Shown: in pieces, positions 50,082-57,489 of the stretch | Layout of the letters: each line of letters starts with the position of its first letter | How positions within the stretch are numbered: the first letter of the stretch is position 1 | Virus record (IMG/VR): IMGVR_UViG_3300027782_000043 | Strand: one strand, 5' to 3' | Origin: an uncultured virus (IMG/VR IMGVR_UViG_3300027782_000043) | Taxonomy: Duplodnaviria > Heunggongvirae > Uroviricota > Caudoviricetes | Length of the DNA stretch: 57,489 nucleotides | Position numbers and translations under genes: made by a program | The notes under the pieces: model-generated | What the model was told of the DNA's origin: nothing | Database searches by the model: none | What the model saw: the letters and a program-made list of their open reading frames with translations, nothing else

Positions 50082-52880
50082 TTATAGGTATTGTTCCCAC
50101 CCTGGCTCCGCAAATTCATATATGTAATTAGGGTCAATACCAACTTTATTCCAAAAATCTATTTCACCTTGTTCCATTTTCATTAAATTTTCATAAACAT
50201 CATCTTGGTCTTCAGGACTAAATGGTTTACCATTAATTAATTTACATTGGTCTGTTGTATAAAAACTTCTATCCTCTGGATTCTTAACTAATAATGTTTT
50301 TCTAACCTCATCATCAAAAACTATTGTAAGAGGTTCAACTCGCTTATTAAATGTTGCAATTGCTCTTTGAATATTATAACTTCCTAACATCTCAGGATTA
50401 TTTTCTAAATCAGATGGATTAATTCTATAACAATTAAGTTGTACAAATGATTCCATTGAATCTTTTAGGGGTACTCCATAACTTTTAATGTGTTCGGATA
50501 TCTGTTCCTGTGACCAACCTTTATTTGGTTTATTAATTTTTTGAACGTCACCATGAGAAGCTTTTGTTCCGTTGTTTACATATAGGATTGTATCTCCAAG
50601 ATTTGACTGTATACCATCTTTTATAATAAGTTCCATGTGTGCTTGTCTAGACATTAGATTACCAGCTATGGTAGTTTGTTTACTACGTTTAATATAATTC
50701 TCTACACTTAATTTAACTCTTGATTTAGAAGCAATTTCAGCCAATGGAACTTTTTCGTCAAATATCTTTTGTATATATTCGTAATACCATTCAATAAATT
50801 CTTTACCGTTACCATTAAGTAATTGTTTAACCCCCTTATCTAAGAACTTCTCAATATATTTTGGCATCTTTTTAGATTTGATACTATTGCCGGTAAATTT
50901 TATTTTACCATTTTGTTCCATAGTTGCGTAGTTCTTACGAGCTAAGTTAATACACGAATCCCAAGTACCATCACAATCAAGACCCATTTCACCTTTCATA
51001 AATATATCGTTAAACTCCGCAACATCGGCATCATAACCACGATATTCTTTACCCTCTTTAACTAACCAGTTATTTCCTTTTCCAATATAAACACGTCCAT
51101 CAACACCACCCTCAGGTAATGAGAAGTTCATACCATCGGTGTCACAGACAAGAGGACTATATCCTCGTTTACTAAAGAACTTTAACATTTGTCGTAAATA
51201 TTGTCTACCTGTAGTTGTAATCTGTTCCCCCATATCAATATCTCCCCACGGAAATACCTGTGGTGCCGATAACGATCCGAAGAACGCATTGATAAAGATC
51301 TTAATTGGTAATTGTTTACGGTCAAATGATGTTGATTTCTTCTTATCAATCGTCTTATACTCTGCTGCCAAATTCTTATACATAATACGAGAGTTACGGA
51401 AGTAAGTTAATAATCCCTTCATCGCCCCTGTTATATCACACTCAGGAAACACGTCATGAACTAACTGAATGGATGGGTATAGTGATGAGTAGTCAAGTTT
51501 TAATACGTCCTTAGAATAACCTACTTTAAGTAAACGTGATAGACCACCAACAAAATTTCTTCTTTCTCCTTTTTTAGGAATTGCTAACCCATATTTATAT
51601 GACCAAGCCAACATTACCATTTTCCAAAGAGTTGCGGTACCCATTGTAGATGCTCTTTCATATGTGGTTGGTACCAATGATGATAATAAAAATGTTGCTT
51701 GATTAAACTCATCATCCACAATTAATGTTTCCTCAAGGTCATCATCAAGATACCTCTCAACAATATCATCACCAGTTGTTTTAAGGTAAACATCTCCCCG
51801 TCTTACACATATCTCATCAACCTTTGGGTCAATACCAACTTTTTTATATTTACCATTATCAGTATTTAACCAATATTCATCTTTTTCTGCATACATTGAA
51901 CCAATACTTGTATGGTCAATATAGATACGATCTTTTGCTTCAGCATCAATATACTTGGTAATATATTTTAAACCTGCCTCTTTAATGTTTGAGTTGATTG
52001 CTTGTGATCTACGAACTGAGTGTATGATATCAATTACATTATATCCCCACATTTGAACTTGATTAAATTTCTCAACCTCATTTGCCAATTTTAACATTGA
52101 CTCTCTTTGAGATATTGTTTTTTTACCATTTAATGAAAATGATATTTTTTTAATATCTAAGTTTAATGCCTTACATCTTTCAAAAATCCAAAACCAATCA
52201 AAGTTTGCTGAGTTATATCCCGCAATAATTGAAGGTTTAATTTCGTTTATTGTTCTAAAAAATTCAACAATACCTGATCGTTCTTCATCTTCATTTGAAC
52301 ATTCAATAACCTTTTGAAAACCTTTATTTGTTTTCATTCCAATCATAAATATTCTACCATCTCTTGGTTCTAAAGAGGTAGTCTCAAGGTCAAATACAAA
52401 CCTTGTGATATCATTATATTCTTCAAATCCTTTAAATAATCTTTTTTCTTTTGAGATGAGGTATTGTTCTACCGGAGACACCATTAATATTTTGTCTTTT
52501 GTTTTTTCTCCCCATGGATCAATTCCCCCTTCACGAAAGAATTGTATTAATGATCGATAACCTTTAATTGATTTAACTATGAATGTTAATCCTTCTTCTA
52601 ATTGTTTACTATTGTCTGTTCGGAGTTTTTCTATTAGAATACCGTACTTACCCATTGCTTGTTTTTGTAGAGATTTCGATCCTTCATAAAAATTAAGACC
52701 ATGTAAATCACCTACCCACGCAAATGCTATGAGTGAATCTTGTTGAATAACTTTACCTTTTCCCGGTACTTCTTTAATTTTAAAAATGTGGTCTGAAGCA
52801 TAGTCAAACTCTACCGCAACTATGTGCTGTTCAGGGTCATTCCCCTCCAAGAAACTTTTAATTTCTTCTTGTGATATCAT
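50082..52880 (-). CDS. polB: Family B DNA polymerase with 3'-5' exonuclease (likely start MISQEE at 52880)
   Basis: ExoI FDLET, ExoII GYNSANFDW, ExoIII YLDDD, motif A LDYSSLYPS, motif B KIFINAFFG and motif C CDTDG. Confidence 0.95.
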   Translation of the reverse strand: MISQEEIKSFLEGNDPEQHIVAVEFDYASDHIFKIKEVPGKGKVIQQDSLIAFAWVGDLHGLNFYEGSKSLQKQAMGKYGILIEKLRTDNSKQLEEGLTFIVKSIKGYRSLIQFFREGGIDPWGEKTKDKILMVSPVEQYLISKEKRLFKGFEEYNDITRFVFDLETTSLEPRDGRIFMIGMKTNKGFQKVIECSNEDEERSGIVEFFRTINEIKPSIIAGYNSANFDWFWIFERCKALNLDIKKISFSLNGKKTISQRESMLKLANEVEKFNQVQMWGYNVIDIIHSVRRSQAINSNIKEAGLKYITKYIDAEAKDRIYIDHTSIGSMYAEKDEYWLNTDNGKYKKVGIDPKVDEICVRRGDVYLKTTGDDIVERYLDDDLEETLIVDDEFNQATFLLSSLVPTTYERASTMGTATLWKMVMLAWSYKYGLAIPKKGERRNFVGGLSRLLKVGYSKDVLKLDYSSLYPSIQLVHDVFPECDITGAMKGLLTYFRNSRIMYKNLAAEYKTIDKKKSTSFDRKQLPIKIFINAFFGSLSAPQVFPWGDIDMGEQITTTGRQYLRQMLKFFSKRGYSPLVCDTDGMNFSLPEGGVDGRVYIGKGNNWLVKEGKEYRGYDADVAEFNDIFMKGEMGLDCDGTWDSCINLARKNYATMEQNGKIKFTGNSIKSKKMPKYIEKFLDKGVKQLLNGNGKEFIEWYYEYIQKIFDEKVPLAEIASKSRVKLSVENYIKRSKQTTIAGNLMSRQAHMELIIKDGIQSNLGDTILYVNNGTKASHGDVQKINKPNKGWSQEQISEHIKSYGVPLKDSMESFVQLNCYRINPSDLENNPEMLGSYNIQRAIATFNKRVEPLTIVFDDEVRKTLLVKNPEDRSFYTTDQCKLINGKPFSPEDQDDVYENLMKMEQGEIDFWNKVGIDPNYIYEFAEPGWEQYL

Positions 52881-52893
52881 ATGTTTTAAATTT

Positions 52894-52927
52894 GGTATAT
52901 TGGCTGCCGTGTATAACGACATTCACC
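52894..52927 (-). promoter_or_regulatory. Structured 5' leader of the polymerase mRNA (candidate translational operator)
   Basis: GGTG-AA-TGTCGT-tatac-ACGGCA-GCCAATA-TACC nested stem, GC-rich relative to other intergenic DNA. Confidence 0.5.
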
Positions 52928-52936
52928 TTTGTTAAA

Positions 52937-52968
52937 CAAAGATATGAAAAAAATAATTATGTGTCAAA
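52937..52968 (-). promoter_or_regulatory. Host-RNAP promoter for the polymerase gene
   Basis: TTTG-N20-TATCTTTG matches the Bacteroidota -33/-7 consensus. Also readable as TTGACA-N17-TATCTT. Confidence 0.75.
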
Positions 52969-52974
52969 TTATTT

Positions 52975-55900
52975 TTAACAAGTTGGACAAGGACCCAATA
53001 AAATTGATGTCACACCAGCGGGAAGTGAAGGTGCTGTAGATGAACAAATAGTTGCTACTCCACCTGGACCGATAATCAGAGGTGAAATCTCGGTAATACA
53101 ACACGGTGTAAATGTTATAGAAACTTCTTTTGATGTATTAGTATTATTAATCCTATAGTAAAAACAACTTGGAGTTGGGGTGGGGGTTTTTGTTAAGGTT
53201 GGGGTGGGGGTTTTTGTTAAGGTTGGGGTTACCGTTTTAGTTGGGGTTACCGTTGGGGTTGTTGTTTTAGTAGGTGTCAATGTTGGAGTTTTAGTTACCG
53301 TTGGGGTTGGAGTCTTAGTTACCGTTGGGGTTGGTGTTGGGGTTACACAAAGGTAGGTTGATATACAAGTAGCACAGTTTACAGATGTGGTATTATTCCA
53401 TATTAAACTTATTGCTCCTATTTGTAATGTAACTACCTCATAACATTGTAAATCGGTACCAATAATCACATTTCCAGGTGTAAATGTTGATGGTAAATTA
53501 ACGTATTTAAATATTGACTTAGTACAACAATCAAGAACTAAATATGTTACAAATACTGGTGTTGGAGTAGGTGTTGGTGTTTTTGTTGGAGTTACAGTTT
53601 TTGTTGGGGTAGGTGTTTTTGTTTGTGTGGGAGTTATAGTTATTGTTGGTGTTGGTGTTGGTGTTGTGGTTGGTGGGGGTGGATTTGTTGGAGTTGGCGT
53701 TGGCGTTGGTGGTGGGTTAGTTCCTGTTGGTGTATTTGTTGGTGTTTTTGTTGGTGTTGGTGTATTTGTTGGAGTTTTTGTTGGTGTTACAGTATTTGTT
53801 GGTGTTGGTGTTGGTGTTGTCAACTCAACAACATAACCAATCCCACAAATTTCTAAAGTTTGTGAAGCTAGTATTTTATTTCCTATAACAGTTAACGATG
53901 TAAATGGTAATGAGTTACTAAAGGTAAATACTCCCGCACCTAAACCTGTTAATGTCATAAAAGTAAAACAATCACTACCACCAGTTCCACCAAGAATTAC
54001 ATTTCCAGATATAGTTGAACAACAGTGATCACATGATGTGATAAGTGGATTTCCAATATTAGTGGTAAAAGTCATTGCAGTACTAAGAGCAGTATATGGG
54101 GGATTTCCAAATGTTCTAATATAGGAAATTCTTAAAGTGACAGTGGTAACAGGAATACTAAATGTCATTGTATATGAATATGTTACTATTGCGGGAGGTG
54201 GAATTGGCCACTGAGCACTTGGTTGAGCACCTAATCCAAGTACCGGACTAGATATGTTAAAAGAAGGGGAACAAGTATAAACACCTGCACTTCCTGGCCA
54301 ATTACCAAATCCTGTTGCAGTTATTACCATACCACTAGAATATGTTAACGATGCCGTAGTAACCGATCCTCCCGGATTATTTAAAATTTCATAAATAAAT
54401 GGTAAGTTTGCAAATTCTTCACAGTCAGGACAATTTGGTGTCGGTGTTGGTGTTGGTGTCGGAGGAGGATCTGTTGGGGTAACAGTTGGTGTGACTGTTG
54501 GAGTTGGAGTTGGAGTTGGTGTCGATCCACTAAGATATAACAATGAATCGTTACATTCTGGTATACTTGAGGCATTATATATTCTAAGCCCACAATTTTG
54601 AACTAAAGTAAACGGGTATGGAGGAGATTGGTTAATGTTCCATAATGGACCAATAGGATTGTTACCGTCTCCAGTGAAATATATCTGACTATTATCGGTA
54701 AATAAACCATAAGTGTTAAACACAGACCCAACAATATAAGGAACAAAAACATCCAATGTTAAAGTATTATAATCATACTGATTAATCCCAAGAAAAGTAG
54801 TACCAGCCAGATTAACTAATAGTTTACTTGGAGATGTTGTTGTAAACATTAAATCGGCAAAAACTATAACATTTGGGGGTAATATAATTAAAGTTAATAA
54901 TGATGCTGTTGTTGTCGTAATATCAAATTCAACTATATCTGAACTCGTTGGTAGAGAAATTGCAATATCCACGTCAGTAGTACTACCAATTAATGTGGTA
55001 TTATCTTTTGCCGTTATTCCGAGACCCATAATAATAGGAAGTGGAATTGTTATAATTCTATTAAATGTTGCGCTAAAAGGACATGGTTGGTAGTCGTATT
55101 CATAAATAACCCATTGGGTCCCTCCTGGTATAGAAACTTTAGTTTGTAAAAAGATTTTATTAGATGTGTGTGCAATTCCAAAACATATGTTTGGTGGATA
55201 TGAACCACTAAAAAATGGTGTTAAAATAATTGGGATATTAGTTGTAATATCATAAGAATAAACATCCGAATTGGAATTACTCGCAGTTGGACCAACAAGT
55301 AAAACATTACATCTTTCTAAACAAATGATATTTTCTGGTACGGAATCACAAAATGTTATTAGTGTACCAGTTCCATCACCTGGTCCTGATATTGTTAAAG
55401 ATGTAAAAGGAAGTGAGTTGTTTATGTTGAATAGTCCTGAACCTACCAATCCCCCATACGATAAATCACAATCACTATTTATATTAGAGGCGGTAATTAC
55501 ATTTCCTGAAATTGACACACAACATCCTGAACATAAATTAATATTGGGAGTATTACTCCCTGTGTTAGTTGTTAAAGTAAAAGATTCTCCAATATCATAC
55601 GCAACTAAAAAAATTTTAAAATCATTAATTGGATAACTAAAATTTAATGTATATGTGAATGCACCAGGCCAACCAAGTCTAATCGAATTGTTGGTGGTAG
55701 AAAAACCACAAATTCCCAAAATTGTACCTGTATAAATTACAACAGATCCTGTACCAGTTGCTCCAATTGTAAGACCATTTGAATACATAATACTATTACC
55801 TATTGCGGGTAAAAGAGTTTGTTGATCACAATCACAAGTTAATGGTGTTGGTGTTGGTGTTGGTGGTGGAGGATCTGTTGGGGTAACAGTTGGTGTAACA

Positions 55901-57489
55901 GTTGGTGTTGGTGTAACTGATGGGGGTATAAACTCCAATTCAATACATTCAGGACTTTGTCCTGAATCGGTAGATCTATTCTGTAAAAAGATTCCAAGGA
56001 ATGAAGTTGTATACGGAGATACATTTGATATTGTATAAAGCTCACCTGTAGGAAATGCCCCTATGTAAAATGTGTTATTCCATACAAAAAATGATTGTAT
56101 ATCTGTAGGACCAGAAATTGTAATTGGAATATCGAGTTGTACCTGCCAAGAACCTCCAACATAATGGAATTGAGTAACGTATTTTTGTAATGTTGATGTA
56201 TCAAGTCCTATTGTGATCATTTTACCGCTGTTGTTCATAATAACTTCAGTAATTACTCTATTAATTGATAAAGTACTTAAATCAAATAATTGTGTTTTAG
56301 ACCAAACAGATCCGCTAATGTCCACTAAAACAATGTCAAAACCTGGAGTCAAATATCCCATGGACACTAATAAATTAGGGTTGACAATATTTGTTATTGG
56401 ATCCCTATATACACATAATGACATTCCCAACCAACCCAACGTTGGGAGAACACTTGGTGATGCAATGTCCCTAGACCAAACTGCACTCCAAGGACTTAAC
56501 GTAATATCCCATTCTCTTATTCCTTGAGAAGCGTCTTGAGATATCCATAATTTTGTTGATGTATTTGTCATAGATTGACCTAATACATTTAAAGAATTGG
56601 GTAAATTTAGTAATGTTGTTATATTTGATGTTGGATTATAAGAATATAAACCGACAGAAAACGGAGAAGATGTATCTAACCTTGTCATTATTAAAGGTAA
56701 ACAGTTCGCATCAATTGGTTCTGGAGTATTTGTTGGTGTTGGTGATGGTGATAATCCTGGTGTTGGTGTGACAGTTGGTGTTGGTGTTGGTGATACGGGT
56801 GGTTGAACCGAATCTGAACATATGTCAACAATGGTACCACCTAAAACATTTGATCCAGGTCCTGATATTGTTAATGATGTAAATGGAACTGAATTTGAAA
56901 TTGTGAATGTTCCTCCGCCCATTCCAGAAAATGGAGGGGGAGGTACTGTCGGACATAATGCTGCAGTAACCACATTTCCAACAATTGTTGCACAACAATA
57001 ATCACAAGAAGATAATACAGGATTTCCTGTGTCTGTTACGAAAGTAAATGATTCTAAAGTCGATGGATCCACAAAATTATAATTAAGTAATCTTATAACA
57101 ATATTATTTACAGGTGAACTAAAAGTTAGTATATATGTAAATGAATATGGTACAATATTACCTAATTTTACTGTATTAATTGGTGATATAGGTGGTGTCA
57201 TACACCAAGAAAGAACAGGACCTGTTTGTAATTCAATCGATCCAAAACCTGAAGCGTTTATTGTAACACCATTAATTACCGTGGAAGAACCCGGCATAGG
57301 TAGAGCTGAAACCGTTGGGCATATCGGACAAACGGGTGTTGGTGTTGGTAATAACCCTGAAGTTGGTGTTGGTGTTTGTGTTGGAGGTAGTCCCGGTGTT
57401 ACTGTCGGAGTTGGTGTTACTGTGGGGGTTGGTGTTGGACAAGGTTCTTCTAATAAACATACGGAACAATCGCCCAATTGTTTTATTAA
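52975..57489 (-). CDS. Partial (>1500 aa) modular Pro/Thr-repeat, Cys-rich adhesin or fibre-like protein; N-terminus lies outside the window
   Basis: Frame open to the right edge ([11 protein letters not shown]...). Repeated beta domains are separated by (PT)n linkers. Confidence 0.8.
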   Translation of the reverse strand, partial: LIKQLGDCSVCLLEEPCPTPTPTVTPTPTVTPGLPPTQTPTPTSGLLPTPTPVCPICPTVSALPMPGSSTVINGVTINASGFGSIELQTGPVLSWCMTPPISPINTVKLGNIVPYSFTYILTFSSPVNNIVIRLLNYNFVDPSTLESFTFVTDTGNPVLSSCDYCCATIVGNVVTAALCPTVPPPPFSGMGGGTFTISNSVPFTSLTISGPGSNVLGGTIVDICSDSVQPPVSPTPTPTVTPTPGLSPSPTPTNTPEPIDANCLPLIMTRLDTSSPFSVGLYSYNPTSNITTLLNLPNSLNVLGQSMTNTSTKLWISQDASQGIREWDITLSPWSAVWSRDIASPSVLPTLGWLGMSLCVYRDPITNIVNPNLLVSMGYLTPGFDIVLVDISGSVWSKTQLFDLSTLSINRVITEVIMNNSGKMITIGLDTSTLQKYVTQFHYVGGSWQVQLDIPITISGPTDIQSFFVWNNTFYIGAFPTGELYTISNVSPYTTSFLGIFLQNRSTDSGQSPECIELEFIPPSVTPTPTVTPTVTPTDPPPPTPTPTPLTCDCDQQTLLPAIGNSIMYSNGLTIGATGTGSVVIYTGTILGICGFSTTNNSIRLGWPGAFTYTLNFSYPINDFKIFLVAYDIGESFTLTTNTGSNTPNINLCSGCCVSISGNVITASNINSDCDLSYGGLVGSGLFNINNSLPFTSLTISGPGDGTGTLITFCDSVPENIICLERCNVLLVGPTASNSNSDVYSYDITTNIPIILTPFFSGSYPPNICFGIAHTSNKIFLQTKVSIPGGTQWVIYEYDYQPCPFSATFNRIITIPLPIIMGLGITAKDNTTLIGSTTDVDIAISLPTSSDIVEFDITTTTASLLTLIILPPNVIVFADLMFTTTSPSKLLVNLAGTTFLGINQYDYNTLTLDVFVPYIVGSVFNTYGLFTDNSQIYFTGDGNNPIGPLWNINQSPPYPFTLVQNCGLRIYNASSIPECNDSLLYLSGSTPTPTPTPTVTPTVTPTDPPPTPTPTPTPNCPDCEEFANLPFIYEILNNPGGSVTTASLTYSSGMVITATGFGNWPGSAGVYTCSPSFNISSPVLGLGAQPSAQWPIPPPAIVTYSYTMTFSIPVTTVTLRISYIRTFGNPPYTALSTAMTFTTNIGNPLITSCDHCCSTISGNVILGGTGGSDCFTFMTLTGLGAGVFTFSNSLPFTSLTVIGNKILASQTLEICGIGYVVELTTPTPTPTNTVTPTKTPTNTPTPTKTPTNTPTGTNPPPTPTPTPTNPPPPTTTPTPTPTITITPTQTKTPTPTKTVTPTKTPTPTPTPVFVTYLVLDCCTKSIFKYVNLPSTFTPGNVIIGTDLQCYEVVTLQIGAISLIWNNTTSVNCATCISTYLCVTPTPTPTVTKTPTPTVTKTPTLTPTKTTTPTVTPTKTVTPTLTKTPTPTLTKTPTPTPSCFYYRINNTNTSKEVSITFTPCCITEISPLIIGPGGVATICSSTAPSLPAGVTSILLGPCPTC
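53170..53820 (-). repeat. Two long (TP/TKTP)n coding repeat tracts flanking a small Cys domain
   Basis: Repeated gttggt/gttggg/gttgga units at about 53170-53345 and 53555-53820. Confidence 0.9.

Noticed and set aside
12982..52880. Inteins or group I introns in nrdA, nrdB, helicase, recA or polB
   Set aside because: Motifs are contiguous, lengths are ordinary, and no intein termini or homing-endonuclease motifs were seen.
52881..52922. ORF-track N-terminal extension of polB (MSLYTAANIP...), and similar extensions at 38940, 44625 and 46442
   Set aside because: They overlap promoter or leader elements. Downstream starts with A-rich context are more plausible.
53623..53856. Plus-strand CW-repeat and VG-repeat ORFs
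   Set aside because: Antisense shadows of the Pro/Thr tract.
1..57489. Giant eukaryotic virus (NCLDV) origin suggested by polB, SNF2 and eukaryote-like RNR
   Set aside because: Sheath, tube, baseplate and neck genes, bacterial promoters and intrinsic terminators indicate a tailed phage.
1..57489. Stop-codon reassignment (alternative genetic code)
   Set aside because: Multi-kilobase genes are uninterrupted in the standard code, and TAA, TGA and TAG all occur at plausible gene ends.

Overview
A 57.5 kb, AT-rich, gene-dense fragment of a large contractile-tailed dsDNA bacteriophage (myovirus with remote T4-like gene content). It uses the standard genetic code and is mostly encoded on the minus strand. 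Minus-strand content: baseplate and tail genes (gp6/J-like wedge, gp25-like, gp53/LysM-like, a giant hub-like protein, a tube-initiator-like protein with an inserted OmpA-like domain, tape measure, gp26-like chaperone, tube, sheath, neck/tail-completion candidates); an embedded replication cluster (SSB, RecA/UvsX, 5'-3' exonuclease, DnaB-like helicase, nrdB-nrdA); a family B DNA polymerase; and a truncated Pro/Thr-repeat adhesin-like protein. A plus-strand block holds a SNF2 helicase, two small Cys-rich proteins, a zincin-SOD fusion and a gp13-like neck protein. TAnnTTTG promoter elements and A-rich, SD-less start contexts suggest a Bacteroidota host (inference). Most notable observations: (1) a candidate +1 programmed frameshift (UUU_UUU_CGG, with an SD-like GGGGUGG upstream) in the tail chaperone between tube and tape-measure genes; (2) a strand-oriented TATTTAT(A) motif before about 15 genes, the reverse complement of the T4 late promoter; (3) a HExxH-peptidase-SOD fusion plus shared L/I-x-E leader peptides suggestive of capsid-packaged cargo; (4) an OmpA-like domain tethered by repeat linkers inside a tube-like fold; (5) a structured leader on the polymerase mRNA; (6) an unlisted RHH regulator with a tandem operator. 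No tRNA, rRNA, CRISPR array, intron or intein was recognised. All family assignments come from visual motif recognition, not database searches.
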